Positions 40,913-49,560 of a stretch of 64,000 nucleotides of DNA are shown here, one piece after another. This DNA is from a virus: positions 1-64,000 of IMG/VR virus record IMGVR_UViG_3300027851_001140. The stretch is one strand, 5' to 3'. How positions within the stretch are numbered: position 1 is the first letter of the stretch; every line of letters starts with the position of its first letter. Both the position numbers and the translations under genes were made by a program. The notes under the pieces are model-generated. The model had not been told where the DNA came from. It saw nothing but the letters and a program-made list of their open reading frames with translations, and searched no databases.

Positions 40913-41945
40913 CAGACACCATAGACAACAAGGAATCTACTTCGGACTCTGCGAGAACCATGTCGATATCTTCGCCTCCTTTTGTCTTTATTCCACTCAA
41001 AAGCTTTTCCTTCAAAGAAGAATTCACGTCAAGAGACAACGAAGCGTCCTTATCTTCATGGACAAAGTGAACCTTTACAACATTGCTGGGCAGCTCACTT
41101 GGAAGGTCGTCCTTGGAGGAAAGGACCCACTTAACGTACGAATTAGGAGGCACCTCATCGTTTTTCTTGGCCACCACAAGTTGGTTAGAAGGTACAGGAA
41201 TAAAACGAGGAGATGTGGGCTCCTCTGTATCCACCAGAAGGACCCCACGGGGCCATCCATCACTAAACCTAGTCTGCACAGGGCTTCCGGAGTAGAAAGC
41301 GTTTGACGCTACTTCTTGAGGCTTGTGAATGTCACCCAGAGCCCAGTAAGTGACCGGAAGAGAGGAGTCGGGAGCTTCTTCCCCATCCTCCAGGCAGTAC
41401 ACTCCTCCTGTCTTCAACTGAATGTCAGTTTGAGACCCTCGTATTGTTTCGTGGCATACCATAATAAAGTTACTGTGGGGAACAAGCAAGGATGACTGCC
41501 TGAAGTCACTAACTGCCTTGAGAGACTCTGTTCTGAACCCATTCTTTTTATGGCACAACAAACAAAATACAGTGTCTCTTATACAGACGAACTGAGTTCT
41601 TTCTGTAATGGTGGAATTGGATAGTCTCCCGAAAGAAGACAGCATAGAAAGGTAGTGGAGAGCAGTGTACCCTGTTGCATCTATTCTATCATGATTTCCT
41701 GGTATCATGAGGATGTGGAAGCCAGCTGCATCGTAGGCTAAGATCTTCCTCTCCAAAAGTTCGCGGTCTTCTTGTGTGGCTGTGTTGGGATTATCAAAAA
41801 TATCCCCAGCAACGACTACAACATCTACATTATGGTCATAAGCTATGTCGAATATAGAGTCTATCATCTCCTCTTGCCTCCTAAAAGAGCCAGGAAGAGA
41901 ACTATTAACTCCAATGTGCCAATCAGCTGTATGAAGGAATTTCAT
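40905..41945 (-). CDS. sbcD: SbcD/Mre11-family metallophosphoesterase nuclease
   Basis: HTADWHIG, AGDIFD, PGNHD, YWALGDIHK, YSGSP. Confidence 0.9.
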   Translation of the reverse strand: MKFLHTADWHIGVNSSLPGSFRRQEEMIDSIFDIAYDHNVDVVVVAGDIFDNPNTATQEDRELLERKILAYDAAGFHILMIPGNHDRIDATGYTALHYLSMLSSFGRLSNSTITERTQFVCIRDTVFCLLCHKKNGFRTESLKAVSDFRQSSLLVPHSNFIMVCHETIRGSQTDIQLKTGGVYCLEDGEEAPDSSLPVTYWALGDIHKPQEVASNAFYSGSPVQTRFSDGWPRGVLLVDTEEPTSPRFIPVPSNQLVVAKKNDEVPPNSYVKWVLSSKDDLPSELPSNVVKVHFVHEDKDASLSLDVNSSLKEKLLSGIKTKGGEDIDMVLAESEVDSLLSMVSDV

Positions 41946-42571
41946 ATGTTAGGAAGTACCCCTTCATTCCTAAGGTAGTTCAGGATTAAGGAAGAGGCCT
42001 CCTCCCTAGAAAAGAACTTTCCGTTAGGAGGAGCGTGGCGAACGTAAGTCTCTCCGTTTCTGTGCCACAATCTGATCTCGTCTATGATGATTTGTTCAGT
42101 GGACAGCCTCATCTTAAACCTGACAAAGGTGAGGAAATGTCGTTTGCACATGAGCACCAAGCCATACCAACTTGCAACGCCAGAGTCTACCTTAACCTTG
42201 TGGAGGTTAAGTACAACAAAGAGACTTCTAGAGCGAAGCGGTAATATTATCTTTTCGTAAAGGGTCTCGTCTATAACTGTTATTCCTATCGTGTTGGCTA
42301 AAAACTGAGCCAGGGGAAGTATAAACTTGACCTCAGCCGCCTTCACTTGAGGAGGTACATCAGGGTAAGCAGAGTCTGATCTATAGGAATATTCGATATG
42401 GTCGTCTGGACCAACAGAATTAGGGTCCGTGTTACCCACTTCTATGGGTTTATGTGTGATCGGGTCATAGACCGTAGTATCCAAACGAGCCATAGGGTCC
42501 TTGGCAAGTTTTCCCTCCTCAAGAAGATCTAAAACTGAGTTAGAACTCTGTGATGGTCTTTCATGCGTCAT
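41942..42571 (-). CDS. Hypothetical protein
   Basis: Coupled ORF. Confidence 0.55.
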   Translation of the reverse strand: MTHERPSQSSNSVLDLLEEGKLAKDPMARLDTTVYDPITHKPIEVGNTDPNSVGPDDHIEYSYRSDSAYPDVPPQVKAAEVKFILPLAQFLANTIGITVIDETLYEKIILPLRSRSLFVVLNLHKVKVDSGVASWYGLVLMCKRHFLTFVRFKMRLSTEQIIIDEIRLWHRNGETYVRHAPPNGKFFSREEASSLILNYLRNEGVLPNI

Positions 42572-42577
42572 AAGTAA

Positions 42578-43087
42578 TCACAGGTCCTTTGACCCAAGGA
42601 AAGAACGAATATGTGACCTACACACTTTTGTGGCAGATCTAATGGAGGTGCAGGAGGAAGTAGTCTCTACACCAGAGGAAGAAACCAAAGAAAGTGAGGA
42701 CAAGGAAGCTTCTTTTCCTTTGTAGGAAGCGTGCAGACTTAGTACCCTGTTACCACAATGAAATACAACAATAGGGGCCCAAGTAGACCTTACTATTCCC
42801 CGTCTTTTTGTAGACGAAAGGTTTAGAAAATCAAATACACAGTAAGTATTGGAAGCCAAGGAAGAGTCGGACTCTAGAGATAAAGAAAAAAGAGAAGAGA
42901 CATCGACGTTCAACTGCAGGGCCAACTCGTTAGCGAGCGGCCTAAGTTGAAGCATAAACTTGCTTGACACTACCCTAAATCGTGTCTCTTGGAAATCGAT
43001 AACACGATCCTCAAGAGACACGATGGGATTATCGGCCAATGTAAAGCGGCTTCCCGTATGTCGTACGATGGTACGAGTAGTTTCCAT
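42578..43087 (-). CDS. Hypothetical protein
   Basis: Fills the gap between recA and the next gene. Confidence 0.5.
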   Translation of the reverse strand: METTRTIVRHTGSRFTLADNPIVSLEDRVIDFQETRFRVVSSKFMLQLRPLANELALQLNVDVSSLFSLSLESDSSLASNTYCVFDFLNLSSTKRRGIVRSTWAPIVVFHCGNRVLSLHASYKGKEASLSSLSLVSSSGVETTSSCTSIRSATKVCRSHIRSFLGSKDL

Positions 43088-43108
43088 CGTAAAACCTTTA
43101 CAGGTTGG

Positions 43109-44383
43109 TCAGGCCAAAGTAACCTCTGTCGCAATATCCTCGTCAGAAGACTTTTTTCTCTTCTTCTTCTCTGGCGGAGCACTAACTACAGGGGCAGACC
43201 CCAAAACTGCTTCAAGCTCGTTCTCTTCGTCGTACGCAGCTTCCTCGTCAAATTCATAAATGTTGTCCCAGTCATTGGCCTTAAAGTATAGAGAATAAGC
43301 CAGATCAGATTCTAACTGAGATCGGCACGCACGTCTAAACTCGTTAGAGCACAGAACCGTGTATAGGTCATCAGTGTAGAATGCCTGATTATTCCAGCTG
43401 TAGTCTTCCTCTACCTGAAGACAGATCATCTTCTTGTTTCCAGATTTTTGTATTTGCCCAGTCAACTCTAGGTACCCAAGACCATCACGACCCCGCTCAA
43501 ATCCCCTACCGAAAGCCACTGCCAACATCTCCTTACACTCAAGGAAAGGAGGAAATTGCTTGTTTTTCTTTGTAGAAATGTTGATAAAACGCATGGATCG
43601 ATTTCGCTCCACAAACGCCTTTTGTACTGCAGAGGCTCTAAAATTAAGGTCAGGATAAAAACGCCATGCTTGTCCTCCTGGCTCATACTCCGGTGACCCA
43701 AACATCTGACCAGGATTCAGTCGTATCTGATTTGTAGCAAATAAAGATACGTTCTTCCTTCCTAGCTTGGATTTTATAAGAGGCAAATACATAGAGTGGA
43801 CCGAAGCAGCGGCAGCCATTCTTACGTTTTCATCGTCCTCCTCGATAGACTCTGGAAGCATAGATGCAACGGAATCTATTACCACCAATCCCTGAGGCTT
43901 GGGTCGTCCACCGTCTTCTGCTGGAGAGTAGTCGGGAAAAGAACGAAGAAGACGAGCAATCGTACGGTATGTCTGCTCTGCAGTAGAGGGCTGATAATAA
44001 TGAAAGTAGGGGTTCTTACTTCCATCAGACAGCCTCATTCTAACCCCCAAAGCGTGGAAGTATTTAGCGTCAGATGCAACCTCATGGTCAAAAAAGAAAA
44101 CAGGCACCTGTGTTCGAGTGGCATTGGCAATAAGATGCCCAGCCATAGTGGACTTACCGCTGCCCTCCGGGCCAAACACCTTAGAAACTTTTCCAGGAGG
44201 AAGTCCCCCTCCTGTAAGAAGGTCTAGAATAAGAGAGCCGAAACTAATAGCTCCCTGGACGTAAGACCCTCTATCGAGGAGAACAGGAGGATTGTCTAGG
44301 TCCTTTCCTATGCTCTCTGCTCTTTCTGCCAGATCTGAAATAGAAGTAAAGTAATTCTTTTCTACGGGTTTTTTCTTTGCCAT
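43109..44383 (-). CDS. recA: RecA/UvsX recombinase
   Basis: LDLLTGGGLPPG, Walker A GPEGSGKST, VVIDSVA, TNQIR, PGGQAWRFY, KKNK; ATG 44383 with AGGA RBS. Confidence 0.92.
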   Translation of the reverse strand: MAKKKPVEKNYFTSISDLAERAESIGKDLDNPPVLLDRGSYVQGAISFGSLILDLLTGGGLPPGKVSKVFGPEGSGKSTMAGHLIANATRTQVPVFFFDHEVASDAKYFHALGVRMRLSDGSKNPYFHYYQPSTAEQTYRTIARLLRSFPDYSPAEDGGRPKPQGLVVIDSVASMLPESIEEDDENVRMAAAASVHSMYLPLIKSKLGRKNVSLFATNQIRLNPGQMFGSPEYEPGGQAWRFYPDLNFRASAVQKAFVERNRSMRFINISTKKNKQFPPFLECKEMLAVAFGRGFERGRDGLGYLELTGQIQKSGNKKMICLQVEEDYSWNNQAFYTDDLYTVLCSNEFRRACRSQLESDLAYSLYFKANDWDNIYEFDEEAAYDEENELEAVLGSAPVVSAPPEKKKRKKSSDEDIATEVTLA

Positions 44384-44434
44384 GATATTCCTGTTAGTGT
44401 GTATAGTTATCAACGGGCCGACGAAATGAGGAGC

Positions 44435-46177
44435 CTACTGGCTGGCCAAACTGGTAGGCTGTTCCTGAACAATGCGTCCTTTTTCGTCGAAGCGAACATA
44501 ACAAGTCCACCCCGAATTATCCTCTGCGTAGGGCTTTCCTTTTGACGAGAGGATAACCTTCATTTTAGACCCCGAAGGAGACAAAAAAGAAGGGCGAAGA
44601 TTTTTCACACGAGAAGAGGAGAGTAGAGTGTCAGACCACTCCCAGTACTCCGATACAAATTCGTTAATAGGTCTTCCCTCAGCCACCCGACCAACGTCTT
44701 CTTCTACTTGAGCGGCCATGTCGGGGTCCAATAAGTCTGGAAGGGCTCTGCGAACAGCAGTCAGCACAACTTCTCCTTTGGGAGTGAGAGTGGCAACGCC
44801 TCCGCCTCCAAATTCCACGTAAGAATTATTGCTCATCCAGTTTAGAGCCTTGGTATAAGTGTGAGGAAACCCAAAAAAATGATTTGTCATCCATTCGATG
44901 ATGGAGTTGTAATGCATTCTGACGGGAGACCTAGAAGTAACTTCCACTACGGAAACATCTGCCAGCACTGAGTCCGACTCTATTGGAGAATGACTAGGCT
45001 CAAATATTCTGCCACTAAGCTGGTGCCACCCCGGTGTATGAACCGAAGTACCCTGTATCGACCCCATAAGGTCGGAAGAGTTGTAGAAGGAAGCAGAGTG
45101 ACACTCTATCAAAGAATTAGTACCTTGAGACCCTGCAGTCCTAAACCATATGGCAGAGTACACATCCCTTTCCTTAGACCTTAAGTCTGTTTTGGAAGGC
45201 TCAAAGTAAAAGTCGGTAGGATATATACCAAAGGAATTTCCAACAAAAGAGGGCGAAGCGGAAAGATGGGCACCCATCATCCTTTCGGAGATGAAGTCCC
45301 TGACTCTATTGGCTGCTGCCAATGGCATTTCATTTCCGCTTACCATTGGATAAGACGTAAGCCCTCTAGAATATAGAGAAGTACAGATTTCTATACAGGA
45401 TCTTGCGTCTATGCCGTAACGAGAAAAGCAAAACGAAAGAAGAGAAGAAAGAGAAAATAACCCAGGTACAACACTGGCCTTCTTATTGGAGGAGTATACG
45501 ACAGAAGATGATTTTAACTTTTGTGCAAAATCTTCTGCTTCGTTTTCTGAGGCAAAGACCCACGATGAATAAGATCCATCACTGAGTAACGCTCTAACCT
45601 CATAGGCTTTGTCGGGACGAAATTTTCTTATACTACGTTCTCTTCGTGCGACAGCCGATAACACTGGAATAAAATAGCTGAGTTCGACATCTCTACCCAG
45701 GATAGAGGATATACGAGGAGACAGCACAAATCTAGCTATCCTATCTACAACTTCTCTAGCCAGGAAGGAGTTAGAGAGGTTGGTATCTATGCAGTCGCCA
45801 GAACTTTCTAGAGAAGCGGATAAATTTGTCAAATCAAGTGACGAAGGTCGTATTCTTCTGAAGGTTTTTCCAGAATTAGAGGCAGTGTGCTGTAGATGTT
45901 GGGATAGCAGTTCTCCTTCTGGAGAAAAGTCAAAAAAAGAAACAACCTCTGAGGAGGTTTCTACAGCCTTCTTTAGGAGAGAGAAGGTATATGGATTAGT
46001 AATCTTCCAAGACGGAGAGAAGTCTTTCCTTCCAAACCCTATGCTAGACTTGGGAAGGTCCATGTAGTGGCCATTTGTGCTTACCACATGTACGTCATTA
46101 TTTAATGACATCTTCCTAAGACTGTTTAGGAGGGCGGACCTCTTTCCTTCTGTCTCTACCACAAGAAGTATCATCAC
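44435..46177 (-). CDS. Type IA topoisomerase-like protein with degenerate active site
   Basis: LLVVE..K, TNGHYMDLP, DFSPEGE, LYSRGLTSYP, GIYPT, PGW, LTPKGEV are colinear with TopA. Confidence 0.75.
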   Translation of the reverse strand: MMILLVVETEGKRSALLNSLRKMSLNNDVHVVSTNGHYMDLPKSSIGFGRKDFSPSWKITNPYTFSLLKKAVETSSEVVSFFDFSPEGELLSQHLQHTASNSGKTFRRIRPSSLDLTNLSASLESSGDCIDTNLSNSFLAREVVDRIARFVLSPRISSILGRDVELSYFIPVLSAVARRERSIRKFRPDKAYEVRALLSDGSYSSWVFASENEAEDFAQKLKSSSVVYSSNKKASVVPGLFSLSSLLSFCFSRYGIDARSCIEICTSLYSRGLTSYPMVSGNEMPLAAANRVRDFISERMMGAHLSASPSFVGNSFGIYPTDFYFEPSKTDLRSKERDVYSAIWFRTAGSQGTNSLIECHSASFYNSSDLMGSIQGTSVHTPGWHQLSGRIFEPSHSPIESDSVLADVSVVEVTSRSPVRMHYNSIIEWMTNHFFGFPHTYTKALNWMSNNSYVEFGGGGVATLTPKGEVVLTAVRRALPDLLDPDMAAQVEEDVGRVAEGRPINEFVSEYWEWSDTLLSSSRVKNLRPSFLSPSGSKMKVILSSKGKPYAEDNSGWTCYVRFDEKGRIVQEQPTSLASQ

Positions 46178-46476
46178 ATATTCCTAATGCACTCATACAG
46201 AGAGGATTCGTCAAAAACTCCTGTAATACTGCAGGATAGCTTTCCTCTCACGAAGAATCTTAGTTGAGGAACTCTCACACAAGAAAACTCTTCTAGTGAA
46301 GGGTCTGACTTAACATGAACGTAAAATACGGAACACCCGCTGGAATATAGTCTGTTCTCGTTTGAACTAACGATAGACATGGCACGAGAGGACAGAACAG
46401 AATCCTTTGTGTACAAAAGGACACATACGAGTTTACCTGACCTTATGGCGTGTAACGCGTCTTCTTCTTGATTCAT
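46174..46476 (-). CDS. Thioredoxin-fold protein lacking CxxC
   Basis: LVCVLLYTKDSVLS, FYVHV, VRVPQLRFFVRGK..ITG follow the Trx pattern; ATG at 46476. Confidence 0.55.
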   Translation of the reverse strand: MNQEEDALHAIRSGKLVCVLLYTKDSVLSSRAMSIVSSNENRLYSSGCSVFYVHVKSDPSLEEFSCVRVPQLRFFVRGKLSCSITGVFDESSLYECIRNM

Positions 46477-46515
46477 AAAATATAGGGGCTCTTGCACAAG
46501 AGCCCCTATATTTTA
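46476..46515 (-). terminator. Perfect inverted repeat, probable intrinsic terminator after the SSB gene
   Basis: TAAAATATAGGGGCTCTTG-ca-CAAGAGCCCCTATATTTTA (19-bp arms). Confidence 0.7.
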
Positions 46516-46522
46516 CAATATG

Positions 46523-47575
46523 TCAAACGTCAAATTCGTCGTCGAATTCTTCGTCATCATCTTCGTCTACAGGAGGCTTCTTTGGCTTAGCCTTCTTAGG
46601 CGGAGGTGAGTCCTCGTCGTCATCTTCGTCGTCATCCTCAACAGGAGGCTTCTTTGGCTTAGCCTTCTTTGGTGGTACAGACTCAAATTCGTCGTCATCG
46701 TCGTCTACAGGAGGCTTCTTTGGCTTAGCCTTCTTAGGCGGAGGTGAGTCTTCTTCCTCGTCGTCGTCATCCTCTACAGGAGGCTTCTTTGGCTTAGCCT
46801 TCTTAGGCTCCTCGAATTCGTCGTCGTCATCGTCGTAAGACTTCTTGGACTTTCGGGAAGAAGAGGGAGCCTCGAAATCATCGTCGTCGTCATCTTCAGA
46901 CTTCTTCGATTTCTTCGACTTTGAAGGAACTTTTTCGTCCGAATCAAAATACCCGTGACGTGTGAGATCTGCACGTATCTTATGCACGTCAGGTTCGGCC
47001 CAAAGCTCGTCAAAAGCAATCAACTCAAGAGAGGTTTCTTCCTCGGATAGAGGGGATCTGTCACCCTTTTGAACCTGCCACTCAATGCCCCCTCTTTTTT
47101 TGGTGCGCTGCTTCTGCATAAAGACATCACAACCAAATCTAGGATGAGCAATGGACCTCGCTTCCCCCTTTACTGAGTTAAGCTTCTTTAGGTCTAAAAG
47201 CTGCCTAAGAACGGTGGGAGGAATATCTAAGGCCCGTATAGGATCGCTGTCTCCCTTCCCCTGAGAGAGACGATCTATGACGTTAATCAGATATTTGATG
47301 GAGGGACGAAGTCCAGCCTCGCAAGCAGGACATCCTCCTTGCTTTGAGGGAGCCTCTTTGTCTGGATCCCAATTTGCACAATCAACAGGATAGCGTTTTA
47401 CTTGCCCTTCTTTGTTAGTAAACTCAATCCAGTGTTGAGCATAACTATAGACGCCTCCTACAATCCTAAACTGATACCATTCATCGAGTTTAGGGAGGTC
47501 AGCTAGGGGGATATCTTCTTTCCAGTTTTTGTCACGGGTACGGGGATTAGTTTCGTCGAAATCTTTAAGTGCCAC
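46523..47575 (-). CDS. gp32-like single-stranded DNA-binding protein
   Basis: QFRIVG..QHW..DC..GCPAC..YLINVIDR..HPRFGCDVF; long acidic tail ending DDEFDV. Confidence 0.75.
   Translation of the reverse strand: MALKDFDETNPRTRDKNWKEDIPLADLPKLDEWYQFRIVGGVYSYAQHWIEFTNKEGQVKRYPVDCANWDPDKEAPSKQGGCPACEAGLRPSIKYLINVIDRLSQGKGDSDPIRALDIPPTVLRQLLDLKKLNSVKGEARSIAHPRFGCDVFMQKQRTKKRGGIEWQVQKGDRSPLSEEETSLELIAFDELWAEPDVHKIRADLTRHGYFDSDEKVPSKSKKSKKSEDDDDDDFEAPSSSRKSKKSYDDDDDEFEEPKKAKPKKPPVEDDDDEEEDSPPPKKAKPKKPPVDDDDDEFESVPPKKAKPKKPPVEDDDEDDDEDSPPPKKAKPKKPPVDEDDDEEFDDEFDV
46545..46830 (-). repeat. Four tandem PKKAKPKKPPV[D/E]-acidic repeats in the SSB tail
   Basis: Repeated plus-strand aggaggcttctttggcttagccttctt units. 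Confidence 0.85.
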
Positions 47576-47610
47576 GGAGTATACCTTTTACGTAAGGGGG
47601 TGAAACGATT

Positions 47611-48957
47611 TTACGGATTGACAGAGATCTGTCTAAGTCTTTCTTCTTCAACCTTGTCCGGAGGAATAGGTTGAACCACATATTCAGTTAAACCATAAGC
47701 TAAGCAAACTAAGTTTCTAAGGTCGAACGATAGGTTATCAAGAAGACATTTTACAGAATCTGAAGCGGTGTAGTCGGCGGGATCTTCTGATTCGTCTTCT
47801 AACGGAGACACGCTCATAACGGTTGAGTTACCCTCCCAACGAAGTGGGTAGTCAAGAGACTTTACCTGAGAGGTTCGGACGGTCGAATAGACTGACTCCA
47901 CGTGAGATTTTGAATACCCAGATAGATCCGAAAGCTGAGAATCTGTCAGAGGTCCCAGTCGCGATTCCTGCCTATGTCGTATAGCCTCTAGTTTAGCATA
48001 ATGCTGCCAAGTGTTTGAGGATACTCGTATAAGATTTGAGTCTTCCTTTAGGTAGTAAAGCATGGACTGCCGTATCCACCATTTTGCGTGTCCAACAAAA
48101 CGCGCGTTAGATACATTATCATAGGAGGATATGGCGCGTAGAAGACCAAAACTTCCGTTCTGGAAGTTGTCTAAGGCGGAGTCTTCGCTCACTGCCTGTC
48201 CTTTGGCTTGCTTGAGTATCACTCGACTATAGGCGTTGAATATTCTCTCATAAATGGAAGATAAAGCCTCTAGTCTAAGGGCTATGTAGCGAATCACTCC
48301 AAAGGCCGACCTTGCATTAAGTCCACACTCGTTCTCTATTCTGTAGCACACAAGCTCTGGTTCAGAAGGGTCTTCCCCAAGAAGACGAAGGTGCGTACTC
48401 AAGTAAGCGTTATATTCGTATTCGTGTGTCTTGCGATGCCATTCTTTGATAAACTGCTCAAATACCATCCTAGTTAGAGGAAGAGAGAAAACTATATCTA
48501 TCTGAGATTTCTTGTCTCCACGAACCAAAGATGCCTGAAGATCCATGCAAGAACACAAGAAATCAGCCTCTCTTTTGTCAGAATCTGCTGGAACGTCTTT
48601 TAGTACCCCTGAGACGAATTCAACAGGACGCCTGTATATTGCTTTATTTCGGTCCAGGTTTGCAGCCACCTCTGCTGCCAGGTTAATGATGCAAGACTGT
48701 ATGTAACTATTTTCTTGGACCAGAAGGCGAACAGAATCGTTAACTAGAAGAGAAGCTCTACTGAACAGGGGAAACAACTCTTCTTGGGTCAGGGTGGCAG
48801 AAGAATTTATGGTCTCTATAAGAGAACGAGCAGTAATCAGGTCAGTCGACGCAGGCGATCGTTTATAGACACCCTGGGAGATTGTTGTCTCAAGCGATCC
48901 ATCTCCGTCGAATTCATCGAGAGGAGAGACTCGCACAGTGTAAGAAGATGTGGACAT
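47611..48957 (-). CDS. Sigma70-family RNA polymerase sigma factor (start uncertain)
   Basis: Region 2 DNFQNGSFGLLRAISSYD..RFVGHAKWWIRQSM..LIRV, region 3 SLDYPL, shortened region 4 ERLRQI. Confidence 0.85.
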   Translation of the reverse strand: MSTSSYTVRVSPLDEFDGDGSLETTISQGVYKRSPASTDLITARSLIETINSSATLTQEELFPLFSRASLLVNDSVRLLVQENSYIQSCIINLAAEVAANLDRNKAIYRRPVEFVSGVLKDVPADSDKREADFLCSCMDLQASLVRGDKKSQIDIVFSLPLTRMVFEQFIKEWHRKTHEYEYNAYLSTHLRLLGEDPSEPELVCYRIENECGLNARSAFGVIRYIALRLEALSSIYERIFNAYSRVILKQAKGQAVSEDSALDNFQNGSFGLLRAISSYDNVSNARFVGHAKWWIRQSMLYYLKEDSNLIRVSSNTWQHYAKLEAIRHRQESRLGPLTDSQLSDLSGYSKSHVESVYSTVRTSQVKSLDYPLRWEGNSTVMSVSPLEDESEDPADYTASDSVKCLLDNLSFDLRNLVCLAYGLTEYVVQPIPPDKVEEERLRQISVNP

Positions 48958-49298
48958 AAGCCGGGCCTTTGTAATCCTCTATATTTATCAGGAATTTCGT
49001 CACGATCTACCCTAAGATCGGTAGACCCTGCTATAAACAAGGAAACAGCAAGACGAATTCTAAAGTAAGGACAAGAACAAGATACCTTGGCCGAGGCTCC
49101 AGGATCCACTTCTGTTCCGTACACTCTAACTATGGATTTTCTTGGCTCCTTACCACCGGTCACAATGGAAGAAAACTGAAGATGTACACCTAAGGTGTCT
49201 TCGCCTGAAGTGGATTTAAGTGAGTCCAAAGTATAGGAAGTTCTGAACCTTCTCCTGTCCTGTTGAGTGAGTACTAGAAGTTGGCTAAGAGTCAACAT
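48837..49298 (-). CDS. SWIM-type zinc-finger protein
   Basis: AKVSCSCPYF...PGLCPHL. Confidence 0.65.
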   Translation of the reverse strand: MLTLSQLLVLTQQDRRRFRTSYTLDSLKSTSGEDTLGVHLQFSSIVTGGKEPRKSIVRVYGTEVDPGASAKVSCSCPYFRIRLAVSLFIAGSTDLRVDRDEIPDKYRGLQRPGLCPHLLTLCESLLSMNSTEMDRLRQQSPRVSINDRLRRLT

Positions 49299-49543
49299 TA
49301 CAGAGAGAATACCTTGCTTAATGTGTGTAGTATGGCTTCCAACTTTCTCAAGGAAAACCTATTGGATTGAGTGCTCAAGATGTAGGACAATTTATTAGCA
49401 TCTGTGCTTTGTATTATGAAAGCAAGAACCTCAGATAAAACAACTATGTCGTCTTCTGGAGAAAGACCAGATTGACGCAAGTGTTCCCTTACATCCTCAA
49501 CATGCTTTCTAATACTAAGATGTTTGGATGAGGGAACACTCAT
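49298..49543 (-). CDS. Hypothetical protein
   Basis: TAATG-coupled to the SWIM gene. Confidence 0.55.
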   Translation of the reverse strand: MSVPSSKHLSIRKHVEDVREHLRQSGLSPEDDIVVLSEVLAFIIQSTDANKLSYILSTQSNRFSLRKLEAILHTLSKVFSL

Positions 49544-49557
49544 AGGTCAATTTTACA
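49544..49557 (-). promoter_or_regulatory. Candidate sigma70-type -10 (TG-TAAAAT) for a leaderless mRNA
   Basis: TAAAAT-N6-ATG; same geometry at 15205-15210 and 55092-55097. Confidence 0.5.
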
Positions 49558-49560
49558 ATA

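Noticed and set aside
44435-46177. Pseudogene or reverse gyrase
   Set aside because: The ORF is uninterrupted and full length, and has no helicase domain.
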